DNA of 64,000 bases from Planctomycetota bacterium. Lineage in GTDB: Bacteria; Planctomycetota; UBA1135; JADKAF01. Of this stretch, positions 36,190-45,033 are shown one piece after another. The DNA lies in assembly GCA_016793245.1 (NCBI GenBank), contig JAEUHW010000351.1, forward strand, positions 5,987 to 69,986. Reading direction: 5' to 3'. Every line of letters begins with the position of its first letter. Position 1 is the first letter of the stretch. Made by a program: the position numbers and the translations under genes. A model generated the notes under the pieces. The model was given only the letters and a program-made list of their open reading frames with translations, made no database searches and was not told the DNA's origin.

Positions 36190-36234
36190 GGCGGTCCTCG
36201 ACGGGCGTGCCGTTCGGTCGCGGACGCCGTCAAG

Positions 36235-37128
36235 CTAGCAGAGTTCGCCGCCGGAGAAGAGCGCGGCCTTCGAGCGGAGATCGCCGTGGGATCCGGTGTA
36301 GAGGTCCGCGAACGCGACGCGTTCCTCCAAGTGGCGCGCGAAGACATCCGGGGGCACGTCGAGGAGCAGCATCAGCTCGTTCTCGCGCGTCTCGAGGGCC
36401 TGCTCGGCGCCGCCGCTCATCCAAGCCTCGTCGAAGCGATCGTGCATGCGCACCAAGCGCTCGAGCGGGGCGACCTCGGCCAAGAGCTCGACATGGTGGT
36501 GCCGCTCCACCGCGACGGCGATGGACTCGGGGAGACGCCACTGCCGGAGGATCCAGGAGCCATAGGCCGCGTGATCGAGCCCGAAGGCCTCGCGCTCGAC
36601 TTCGAGCAGGATCTCCTCGTCGCCGCCGCTGGCATCGAGGACCTCGCCGTAGGTCGTCGGATCCGCGTTCGCGAGCGCGATCTGCCCGACATCGTGCAGG
36701 AGCCCCGTGGCATAGGCCTGCTCAGGGTCGACGCAACGCGCTTGAGAGAGGGCCGCGAGCTCGCGACACGAGGTCGCCGTGCGCACGGCATGGCCGAAGA
36801 AGCCGTCGAGATCGAAGTCGTCGCTGAGGTGCGCGAAGGCACGAGTGAGCCCGGCCTCGAGCAGCACGTTCCCCACGGCCGAGACGCCCATCAACATGAC
36901 CGCCTGGCGAATCGAGCAGACTTCGGACGCCGGCGCGTAGCGCGCGGAGTTCGACGCCCGCAGGACGCGCGCGGCGATCGCCGGATCGCCTTCGATCACT
37001 CGCGCCACCTCCGCCGCCGAGGCCTCCGGCTCGGAGAGCACGGCGCGCAATCGCTCGAAGAGCGCCGGCACCGGCGGAAGCGCGGACTGGAGGCGCTGGG
37101 AGTGGCGACTGGCGACGAGGGTGTTCAT
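36235..37128 (-). CDS. HDOD domain signalling protein
   Basis: Start at MNTLVASRH. The HDOD pattern is present (SAAEVARVIEGDPAIAARVLRASNSARYA...SIRQAVMLMG...GLLHDVGQIAL...ERHH). Confidence 0.8.
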   Translation of the reverse strand: MNTLVASRHSQRLQSALPPVPALFERLRAVLSEPEASAAEVARVIEGDPAIAARVLRASNSARYAPASEVCSIRQAVMLMGVSAVGNVLLEAGLTRAFAHLSDDFDLDGFFGHAVRTATSCRELAALSQARCVDPEQAYATGLLHDVGQIALANADPTTYGEVLDASGGDEEILLEVEREAFGLDHAAYGSWILRQWRLPESIAVAVERHHHVELLAEVAPLERLVRMHDRFDEAWMSGGAEQALETRENELMLLLDVPPDVFARHLEERVAFADLYTGSHGDLRSKAALFSGGELC

Positions 37129-37243
37129 CAGGGCGAGGCTCCGGGGAGAGGATCGAGGAGGCACCCGCCCTCCCCACCTCGCGCTCATCGACGAGCGCCC
37201 CGACGCGACTTGAATCGATAGGGCCGCGTCGGCGCGCGATCGC

Positions 37244-38527
37244 TCAGAGCCTGACCGCGTCGATCGGCCCGACCAGAGCCGCTTGCAAGCCCTCCGGATG
37301 CAAGCAGGCGCGAGCGGCCTCGAGGACCTCGTCGGCTTGCACCGCTCGCAAGCGCTCGGGGAAGAGCTCGACCTCGTCGCTCGGCAGGAGCAGGCGCTCG
37401 GCCGCGAGCAGCCAGCGCGCGCGCTGGGAGTTGCGCTCGAAGCGGAAGGGCCAGGAGCCGAGCAAGTAGCTCTTCGCGAGCTCGAGCTCGGCGGGGCTCG
37501 GAGCCTCGCGGCGGATGCGCTCGAACTCCTCGAGCATGCCGTCGATCGCCTGCTGCACCTTGTCGGGGGAAGTCCCGATGTAGGCGAGGAAGGTCCCCGG
37601 TTCGCGCCCGGCGGAGGACGAGATCGTCGCGTAGACGGAGTACGCGAGCCCCCAGTCGTCCCGCAGCCGCTTCGAGAGTCGATCGGTGAAGCCCGAGCCA
37701 GTGCCCAACACGTGGTCGAGCAGCATGAGCGCCGGGAAGCGCGGGTCGACGCGACGCACGCCGAGGTGACCGAGATAGAGGTTCACCTGCGAACGGTCCT
37801 CGCGCTGGATCTCCACGCGGCGCGAGCTCGCGAGCTCGAGCTCGGGATACGGAGGCAGCGGCAGCGCTCCGGGATTCGACCACGCGCCGAAGGCGCTCGC
37901 GAGGGCGGCCTCCAGCCGCGCGGGATCGAGGATCCGCCCCGAGACCACGACGACGCAGCGCGCCGGCGCGAACCACTCGGCGTGGAAGCGCTGCACGTCC
38001 TCGAGGGTCGCCAGCGCGACGCTCTCTTCATTGCCCTGCGTCGGTCGACCGAACGGATGCTGGTCGCCGTACACCATGCGGCGGAAGCGCAGCAGCGCCT
38101 GCGTGCGCGGCTCATCGAGCTCCGCCTGGATCTCGGAGAGCTGCAGCTCCTGCTGGCGCTCGAAGGCCTCCTCGTCGCAGCTCGAGTGCAGCAGCGCATC
38201 GGAGAGCACGTCGATCGCGAGCGCCCAATCCTCGGCGTTCACTTCGACCGCGAGGCCGTCGCCGTCGGCTTCGAGCGTGCCGCCCACGCCCTCGATGGCG
38301 CGCGAGAGCGCTTGCCCTGGATAGCGCTCGCTGCCCTCCTCGAGCACGCGGATCGCGAGCTGGGCGATGCCTGCGCGCTCGCGCTCCTCACAGCGCGCTC
38401 CCGCGTCGATGCTCGCGAGGAGGAAGAGCTTGCTCGAGTGCGCCTGCTCGGCGAAGACGAGCACGACGCCGTTCTCGAGAACCACGCGTCGATGGGGCAG
38501 ACGCACCGTATTCGCGGTCGAGCTCAC
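37244..38527 (-). CDS. M16 (pitrilysin) family peptidase, non-catalytic-type subunit
   Basis: 427 aa with an M16 fold pattern. No HxxEH motif is visible at the N-terminus. ATGA overlap with the upstream M16 gene. Confidence 0.85.
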   Translation of the reverse strand: MSSTANTVRLPHRRVVLENGVVLVFAEQAHSSKLFLLASIDAGARCEERERAGIAQLAIRVLEEGSERYPGQALSRAIEGVGGTLEADGDGLAVEVNAEDWALAIDVLSDALLHSSCDEEAFERQQELQLSEIQAELDEPRTQALLRFRRMVYGDQHPFGRPTQGNEESVALATLEDVQRFHAEWFAPARCVVVVSGRILDPARLEAALASAFGAWSNPGALPLPPYPELELASSRRVEIQREDRSQVNLYLGHLGVRRVDPRFPALMLLDHVLGTGSGFTDRLSKRLRDDWGLAYSVYATISSSAGREPGTFLAYIGTSPDKVQQAIDGMLEEFERIRREAPSPAELELAKSYLLGSWPFRFERNSQRARWLLAAERLLLPSDEVELFPERLRAVQADEVLEAARACLHPEGLQAALVGPIDAVRL

Positions 38528-39900
38528 GAGCGCACCTCCTCGTGGAGCGGACCGTTCGTCGAAGCCCCGCCCGTGCTCTCCTCTTCCCAGGCGAGAGGCG
38601 GGAGTGCTAGGTGCAGCGAACTCGGCGCACGCGCATCGAGATGGTCTTCGGGATCGCGGCCGACCGGCGCCAGGACCAACGTCCGCCGCGCCGGCTGGAG
38701 CACCAAGCGCGCCGCGGCCTCCACGGCCTCGACCGTCAGCGCGTCGATGCGAGCTTCTTCGCCGGTGAGCTCGTCGAGCGCCTCGAGCGCCGCAAGACGA
38801 CCGATGCGCACGGCGAGGCCGGAGACCGACTCCTGCTCGTCGCGCAGCTCGGACTTCAGGATCGACTTCGCGCGCGCGAGCTCTGAGGCGCTCACCGGAC
38901 GAGAGAGGAAGCCCTCGATCTGCTCGAGCAGCGCTTCTTCCGCGTGCACCGGGTCGGCGTCATCGCGCACCTCGATCCAGGCCCAGAAGAGCCCGTCGTC
39001 GCGGCGCAGATCGACTTCGACATCCACGGTGGCGGCCAGCTCCTCGCCCTGCACGAGCGCTTCGTAGAGGCGGCTCGAACGACCGGAGCCGAGCATGACC
39101 TCCAGCGCCTCCAACGCGAGACGCTCCGGAGCGCGCCACGGCACGGCGCGCCAAGCGCAGGCGAGGCGCGCGACGTTGGAATCGCGCTCGAGCTCCACGC
39201 GTCGCGTCCCCCGCTGCGCCGGCTCGGCGGGAACGCTGCGGCGCACGACGCGCGGCTCCGGTGCCGCGATTGCGCCGAGCGTGCGCTGCACGGCCTCCAC
39301 GACGCGCTCGGCATCGACGTCACCCACGATGACGGCGATCGCGTTGTCCGGACGATAATGCCGCTCGTACCAGGAGCGCATGCGCGCGACGTCGACGGCG
39401 CGCAGGTCGTCGGCCCAGCCGATGATCGGATGGTGATAGGGATGCGTGACGAACGCGTGCGCGACGACTTCGTCCTGCACGTCGTTCCACGGATCGTCCT
39501 TCCCCATCGCGAGCTCCTCGAGCACGACCTGCTTCTCGGCCTCGAACTCCGTCGGATCGAGCAAGCACGAGCGCATGCGATCGGCCTCGATCTCGAGCGC
39601 CTGCTCCCAGCGATCCGCGGCGAAGTCGAAGAAGTAGGCCGTGTAGTCGTGGCTCGTGAACGCGTTGTTCGAACCACCTCCGCTCGCGGTCAGGCGATCG
39701 ATCTCGCCCTTCGCGAAGCGCGCGGAGCCCTTGAACATCATGTGCTCAAGGAAGTGCGAGAGCCCGGTATCACCCAGGCCTTCGTCGCGCGAGCCCACGC
39801 GATACCAGACCATGCTGGTCACCAGGGGATGCGCGTGGCGCTCGAGCACGTGCAGCTCGAGGCCGTTCGGGAGATGCAAGCTCTTCAATCCGTCCGTCAT
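38524..39900 (-). CDS. M16 (pitrilysin) family zinc peptidase, catalytic-type subunit
   Basis: 458 aa with the inverted zinc motif HxxEH (GLSHFLEHMMFKG). Confidence 0.9.
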   Translation of the reverse strand: MTDGLKSLHLPNGLELHVLERHAHPLVTSMVWYRVGSRDEGLGDTGLSHFLEHMMFKGSARFAKGEIDRLTASGGGSNNAFTSHDYTAYFFDFAADRWEQALEIEADRMRSCLLDPTEFEAEKQVVLEELAMGKDDPWNDVQDEVVAHAFVTHPYHHPIIGWADDLRAVDVARMRSWYERHYRPDNAIAVIVGDVDAERVVEAVQRTLGAIAAPEPRVVRRSVPAEPAQRGTRRVELERDSNVARLACAWRAVPWRAPERLALEALEVMLGSGRSSRLYEALVQGEELAATVDVEVDLRRDDGLFWAWIEVRDDADPVHAEEALLEQIEGFLSRPVSASELARAKSILKSELRDEQESVSGLAVRIGRLAALEALDELTGEEARIDALTVEAVEAAARLVLQPARRTLVLAPVGRDPEDHLDARAPSSLHLALPPLAWEEESTGGASTNGPLHEEVRS

Positions 39901-39963
39901 CGAGGATCTGGGGCGAGGTCGTTCGGGGAGGCGTAGACAGAGAACGGAGGCGCGAACTCGAAC

Positions 39964-40968
39964 TCAACGCGGGCGCCGCGGAGGGCGATCCTTCGCGCGC
40001 GGCGGTCGATCCGCGGGAGCGCCGCCCTTCGCCGCGGCCTTGCGGCGGGGAGCTCGCGGTGCCTCCGCTCCTCCTCCCGCCTGTGGAAGCCCTACGCCGC
40101 GGCGCTTGCCTTCGAAGGCGCGCCGTTTGCGCTCCGCTTGCTCCTGCTTCTGCTTCCGCCGGACCAGCCCCGGCGGCGGCGCGCTCTCCTGCGCGGAAGA
40201 CTCGAGCAGCTCGCGCACCTCACTCTTGCGCAGCGGGCGGTAGCCGCCGCGGCGAAGGCCGGTGGTCGTCAAGGTCCCGATGCGGACGCGCACGAGCGAC
40301 TTCACTTGATGGCCGAGGCGCGCGAACACGCGCCGGATCTCGCGGTTGCGGCCTTCGCGCAACGTGACCAGCAAGTTCGACGAGGTCGCGCCGCGGCGCA
40401 GCACTTTGATCTTCGCACCCGCGGTGCGCCCCTCGGCGAGGTGGATGCCGCGCTGGGCGCGCTCGACCGCCGCTCCGTCGATGTTGCCCTGGACCTTCAG
40501 GTGATAGGTCTTCGGGACTTGATGGCGAGGGTGCGAGATGCGCTGCGCGAAGGCGCCGTCGTTCGTGACGACGATCAGGCCTTCGCTGTCTTCGTCGAGC
40601 CGACCGACGCAGTAGACGCGCTCTTGCACGCGCGGCTTCAGGAGGTCGATCGCGCGCGGACGGCCGTGGGAGACGCCGTTCGTGCAGACGACCCCCTTCG
40701 GCTTGTAGAGCAGGAAGTAGACCTTCGGCTCGACTGCGAGCACGTCGTCGTCGACCTGCACTTCGTCGGCGGCGGGATCGACCTTCACACCCAGATCGCT
40801 CACGACGCGGCCGTTCACGCGCACGCGCCCTTCGCTGATCAGCTCGTCACACGCGCGCCGGGAGGCGACGCCGTGATCGGCGAGGTACTTGTTCAAGCGC
40901 ACCTTCGGCAGCGCGTGCTCTTCGCCATCGCGCTCGTCGTCGGCCGCGCTCAGTTCGCGCTCGGTCAT
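39964..40968 (-). CDS. rluB: 23S rRNA pseudouridine synthase RluB-type (RsuA/RluB family)
   Basis: Start at MTERELS. It has an S4 domain (RLNKYLADHGVASRRACDELISEGRVRVNG), a catalytic motif VGRLDEDSEGLIVVTNDG, and a basic Arg/Lys-rich C-terminal tail. Confidence 0.88.
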   Translation of the reverse strand: MTERELSAADDERDGEEHALPKVRLNKYLADHGVASRRACDELISEGRVRVNGRVVSDLGVKVDPAADEVQVDDDVLAVEPKVYFLLYKPKGVVCTNGVSHGRPRAIDLLKPRVQERVYCVGRLDEDSEGLIVVTNDGAFAQRISHPRHQVPKTYHLKVQGNIDGAAVERAQRGIHLAEGRTAGAKIKVLRRGATSSNLLVTLREGRNREIRRVFARLGHQVKSLVRVRIGTLTTTGLRRGGYRPLRKSEVRELLESSAQESAPPPGLVRRKQKQEQAERKRRAFEGKRRGVGLPQAGGGAEAPRAPRRKAAAKGGAPADRPPRAKDRPPRRPR

Positions 40969-41918
40969 CGCAGCTCCGTGGGGGTTCCCTCGAGGAAGAG
41001 GGCGTCCGGGCCCGCTTCGATCGCGTAAGTCTCTTGGCAGGCGGGGACGAGCGCCGTGTCGCCCGCGCGCAGCGTCACGGGTGCGCCGCTCGCTCCGTGC
41101 AGCACCCCGCCATCGCGGAGCGCGAGGAAGACGCGGGGCACATCGCCGACGGGCCGCGCGCCGTGTCCACCGCGGTGGAGCGCCATCGCGAAGCGCTCGC
41201 AATGCAGCAGCTCGCGGCTCGTCCCCGGCGCGGGCTCGCCGCCGCGCAGCGGTCCCTGGTGTGCGGCAATCGTCGCTACTTCCAGGGCTTGGCGCACATG
41301 CAGCGTGCGACCGACGCGGCCCCAGTCGTAGAGGCGATAGGTCACGTTGGAGTTCTGCTGCACCTCGGCGAGCACGATGCCGGGGCCGATGGAATGCACC
41401 GTGCCCGCGGGGACGAAGATCACGTCCAGAGGTCGAACCTCGTGCGACGCGAGGAGGTGCTCGACCTCACTCGTCGCCGCCTTCTCGCGCCACTCGCGCT
41501 CGCTGACCCCGGCGCGGAAGCCGGCGATCACGCGTGCCCCCGGCTCGGCGTGGAGGATCAGCCACGCTTCGGTCTTCCCGGCGTCGCCCTCGTGCTCGCG
41601 CGCATACGCGTCGTCGGGGTGCACCTGCACGGAGAGCGGCGCCGCCGCGTGGATGAACTTGAAGAGCAACGGGAAGCGCCCGAAGTCGTTCGGCTTCGCG
41701 CGTCCGAGCACCTCGTTTCCATGCCGCTCCATCAGGGCGCGCAGCGTTCCCGCGCGCGGCGCCTCGACCGAAGTCATGCCGGCGTCGTGATCGGCGAGCT
41801 CCCAGGTCTCGCCGATCCGCTTCTCCGGTGGCAAGGCGATCCCGGGCACGCGCTCGAGCTGCCGTCCGCCCCAAGCGGTCTCCACGGCGACGCGCACCAT
41901 CTTCAGCAGCGGCAGCAT
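40965..41918 (-). CDS. manA: class I (type I) phosphomannose isomerase
   Basis: Start at MLPLLKM. Motifs: LSVQVHPDD, KTEAWLIL and VPAGTVHSIGPG. The stop overlaps the rluB start (ATGA), and the start lies 1 nt after the recN stop. Confidence 0.85.
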   Translation of the reverse strand: MLPLLKMVRVAVETAWGGRQLERVPGIALPPEKRIGETWELADHDAGMTSVEAPRAGTLRALMERHGNEVLGRAKPNDFGRFPLLFKFIHAAAPLSVQVHPDDAYAREHEGDAGKTEAWLILHAEPGARVIAGFRAGVSEREWREKAATSEVEHLLASHEVRPLDVIFVPAGTVHSIGPGIVLAEVQQNSNVTYRLYDWGRVGRTLHVRQALEVATIAAHQGPLRGGEPAPGTSRELLHCERFAMALHRGGHGARPVGDVPRVFLALRDGGVLHGASGAPVTLRAGDTALVPACQETYAIEAGPDALFLEGTPTELR

Positions 41919-41919
41919 C

Positions 41920-43713
41920 TCAGGACCTCGCCTTCTCGGCGCCCTTCTCGGCAGCGCCTTCGCGTGTCGCGCGGCTCGCGCGCTTCGCCTTCGCGCGCGG
42001 GGCGGCTTCGCGCGGCGCGCCTTCGCGATAGAGGCGCAGCATCTCGCGCGCTTGCGTGCGAGCGGCCTCATCGACCGCATCCCCCGCGATCATCTCCGCG
42101 AGCTCCTCCACGCGAGCTGCGCCTTCCAGCAAGTCGATCTGCGAGAAGGTGCGTCCGTCGCGCACGACCTTCGAGACGCGGAAGTGATGCTGTGCGGCGG
42201 CGGCGACCACCGGCAGATGCGTGATGCAGATCACTTGATGTTCCGCGGCCGCGCGCTCGAGGCGCTCGCCGACGACGCGCCCGAGCCGAGCGCCGATCTC
42301 GGCGTCGATCTCGTCGAAGAAGAGCGTCGGGTACGCATCGACCTCCGACAGCACGCCCTTCAGCGCCAGCATGGTCCGCGCCATCTCGCCACCGGAAGCG
42401 ACCTCCGAGAGCGCGCGAGCGGGTTCGCCCGGGTTCGCGGCGAAGCGAAACTCGACGCGATCCAGGCCCTGCGGTCCGACCTCGTCCGGTCGCTCGGGAT
42501 CGAGCGGGAGCACCACGACTTCGAAGTGAGCCTCCGGGAGCCCGAGCTCGCGCAGCGGCTCCAAAACCGCGGCGGCCAATCCATGCGCCGCCTCGCAGCG
42601 CTTCGCGCGGAGCTCCCGCGCTCGCGCGAGAAGCGCCGCACGCCGGCGCTCGAGATCCGCGCAGCGCTTCGGAAGCTCTTCCTCCGCGTTCGCGGCGCCG
42701 TCGAGCTCGAGCTCGAGCTCGGACGCGAGCTCGAGCAGACCCGCTTCGTCGCGGTCGTGGCGCGCCATCAAGCGCTCGAGCTGCGCGAGGCGCGACTCGA
42801 TCTCCTCCAGACTCGCTCCTTCGCGACCGCCGTCTTCGAGCAGATCGCGCAGCGCCGGAACGGCCTCTTCGAGATGGAGCCGCGCTTGCTCTATGTGATC
42901 GAGCGCGCCGTCGAGCTTCCCGCGGACCTGCGCCAAGCCCTCCAGCGAGCGCTGGATCCGCCCGAGCTCCGAGAGCATGTCGCCCTCGCCTTCTTGCAGT
43001 CGATCGAGCGCCGCGCCGACGCATTCCGTGATGCGCTCGCGATGGAGGCGCAGCGCGCGCTCCTCGCGCAGCGACTCGCGCTCACCGGGCCGCGGCGCGA
43101 GCTCGCGGATCTCCTGCAGATGGAAGCGGCAGAGATCCTCGCGATCGCGCTGCGCGCGCAGGGCCGCGCGATCGCGCTCGATGTCGCGCTCGCGCGCCAA
43201 GAGCTCCGTGCGTTCCGCGGCGACGGCCTGCCGCTCGTCGCGCACGCCGGCGAACGCGTCGAGGAGCTCGAGCTGCACGCCGGCGCGGAGCAAGCTCTGG
43301 TTCTCGCGCTGACCGTGCACGTCGATCAGCAGGCCGGCGATCGCGGCGACGCCTTCGCGCGATACGAAGCGGTTGTTCACGTAGGAGCGCGAGCGTCCGC
43401 CGGCGTCGAGCACGCGCGTCAGCGCGAGCAGGCCGTCCTCGGGCACGCCGCCGAGGATCTCTTGCACGGCTTCGCGCACGCGCGCGCCGCGCACGTCGCG
43501 CGGCACGGCGAAGACGCCTTCGATCCAGGCCTCCTTCGCGCCCGCGCGAATCCAGTCCGGTTGGATCCGGCCGCCGAGCAGGACCTGGATCGAGCGCGCG
43601 AGCAGGGACTTCCCCGCGCCGGTCGGACCGGTCACCGCGTTCAGGCCCTCGCCCCACGCGATCCGCGCGGACTCGACGACGGCGAGGCCTTGGATGTTGA
43701 GCTCGATCAGCAT
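41920..43713 (-). CDS. recN: DNA repair protein RecN
   Basis: 597 aa: MLIELNIQGLAVVE...VTGPTGAGKSLL (Walker A), a long coiled coil, a C-terminal SGGE signature (ASGGEMARTMLAL) and Walker B (LFFDEIDA). Confidence 0.93.
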   Translation of the reverse strand: MLIELNIQGLAVVESARIAWGEGLNAVTGPTGAGKSLLARSIQVLLGGRIQPDWIRAGAKEAWIEGVFAVPRDVRGARVREAVQEILGGVPEDGLLALTRVLDAGGRSRSYVNNRFVSREGVAAIAGLLIDVHGQRENQSLLRAGVQLELLDAFAGVRDERQAVAAERTELLARERDIERDRAALRAQRDREDLCRFHLQEIRELAPRPGERESLREERALRLHRERITECVGAALDRLQEGEGDMLSELGRIQRSLEGLAQVRGKLDGALDHIEQARLHLEEAVPALRDLLEDGGREGASLEEIESRLAQLERLMARHDRDEAGLLELASELELELDGAANAEEELPKRCADLERRRAALLARARELRAKRCEAAHGLAAAVLEPLRELGLPEAHFEVVVLPLDPERPDEVGPQGLDRVEFRFAANPGEPARALSEVASGGEMARTMLALKGVLSEVDAYPTLFFDEIDAEIGARLGRVVGERLERAAAEHQVICITHLPVVAAAAQHHFRVSKVVRDGRTFSQIDLLEGAARVEELAEMIAGDAVDEAARTQAREMLRLYREGAPREAAPRAKAKRASRATREGAAEKGAEKARS

Positions 43714-44120
43714 GGATCAGGAGTCGCAGCGACTGCGGAGCGCAGCATGTTGAAGCGCGCGAAGGCGAGCTGCAACGCCGCGCCCCGGGGAAGAGCCCCT
43801 TCGCCACCTGCGGAGAACGAGCCTCGGGCAGGCGAACGCGCGTCGTTCGCGCTCCTCGAGTCTCGCATCGAAACGCGCTCCGGGCGCGCCGCGGAAACGA
43901 GAAGAGGACGGACGAGCCGTGGGCTCGCCCATCCTCCTCGGATGCACTACCGACGCGTCGCGACGGCTCCGGTCACAAGGGCCGGACTAGAGTCCTAGGG
44001 CCACAATTGTCGTTGGACTCGAGTCGTGCTTCCCGCTCAAGGACTCGCGTCTCAACGGCGTCAGCCGTTGAACCAGCCAACATCGGCTGGGGCGCAGCCC
44101 CGCGCCGCGCGACGAACGGC

Positions 44121-44603
44121 TCACTCGCCGGTGTCGTGCAGGTGCAGGATCGCCTTGCCGTTCTCGTAGGAGAGGCTCAGCAGCACGCCGCGGAGCTCCA
44201 TGGCATCGACGACCTTCGACCAGAACTGGATGCCGAAGTCCTCGCTCATCGGCAGCGCGATCTTCGGCGCTTCGACGGCGAGCTCTTCCTCCACTTCTTC
44301 GGCGGGACGAGCGCGCTTCTTCTCGGCGGCCTCGACGACGCCGCGACGGGCGGCGACGACTACGCGCTTCTGACCGCTGGTCGGAGCAGTGATGCCCGAC
44401 CGGCTCATGCTGCGGCGAACCTTCATGCCGTTATCCTCCATCCAATCGAGGACGGCCGCCCGGCTCACCGAGTCCAGCCCCTCGCGGGTCTTGTAGATGT
44501 GAAACGGGAAGCTGCTCGCGCGCTTCCACTGGTAGATCGCCCCCTTGCTCTTGCCAGTGAGCCGGGCGAATTCCTTCATGTCGAGCAGATCTTGGGGCTT
44601 CAT
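44121..44603 (-). CDS. AlpA/excisionase-like HTH DNA-binding protein (160 aa)
   Basis: Sub-ORF MKPQDLLDMKEFARLTGKSKGAIYQWKRASSFPF, which fits the AlpA-type pattern (L..E...LTG.S...IY.W.....FP). A strong SD (GGAGGAAG) lies 6 nt upstream. The upstream 130 codons of ORF 44121..44993 are not protein-like. Confidence 0.65.
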   Translation of the reverse strand: MKPQDLLDMKEFARLTGKSKGAIYQWKRASSFPFHIYKTREGLDSVSRAAVLDWMEDNGMKVRRSMSRSGITAPTSGQKRVVVAARRGVVEAAEKKRARPAEEVEEELAVEAPKIALPMSEDFGIQFWSKVVDAMELRGVLLSLSYENGKAILHLHDTGE

Positions 44604-44817
44604 CGCTTCCTCCGTCCGCACGCGTCGCCACGCCGGAGACGATGGACGAGATCCCGAGGGCAGGGCCGAGAATGCGCCGGGCTCGCGAGGAGGCACGCCT
44701 CGCGGATCCGGCGGATCCACCTGCTCCCCTGCTCGCTCCTCGACGGGCAACGCCGAACCGGAGCAAAGCGGGGGTTTCCACCGCCGGCGATGCCTCGCGG
44801 CACCACCTAGATGTTGT

Positions 44818-44846
44818 GGTGTAACGGGCTTCCACCCCCGAGTCAA
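44818..44846 (-). promoter_or_regulatory. candidate sigma-70-like promoter for the HTH gene
   Basis: On the minus strand: TTGACT (44846..44841), a 17-nt spacer, then TACACC (44823..44818). It sits in a locally less GC-rich stretch and would give a leader of about 200 nt. Pattern match only. Confidence 0.25.
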
Positions 44847-44923
44847 TGGGGTATGCCGCGCCAGCGCCCCAGAAATCTCGGTCTCGCCCCGGCCGCCGAT
44901 CGGTCCCGCGCCGGGCCCGAAAC

Positions 44924-44954
44924 GAACCCAGGCGAGCCTCGGCTCGCCTGGTTC
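44924..44954 (-). terminator. putative intrinsic terminator downstream of the 45034..46020 gene
   Basis: On the minus strand: GAACCAGGCGAGC-CGAG-GCTCGCCTGGGTTC (13 bp with one bulge) followed by GTTTCGGG. A second small hairpin GCATCT-TTGC-AGATGC lies at 44958..44973. Confidence 0.4.
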
Positions 44955-45033
44955 GATGCATCTGCAAAGATGCGACTTCCTTCCGCGCGACACCGCTGGC
45001 CGCGCGGCGCCCTCTCGCTCGCGCGCTCAGCCG

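Noticed and set aside
43950-44110. Possible tRNA or tmRNA in the structured non-coding DNA between recN and the HTH gene
   Set aside because: The hairpins do not assemble into a cloverleaf. There is no GTTCGAATC-type T-loop and no acceptor/CCA context. They are reported only as unexplained stem-loops.
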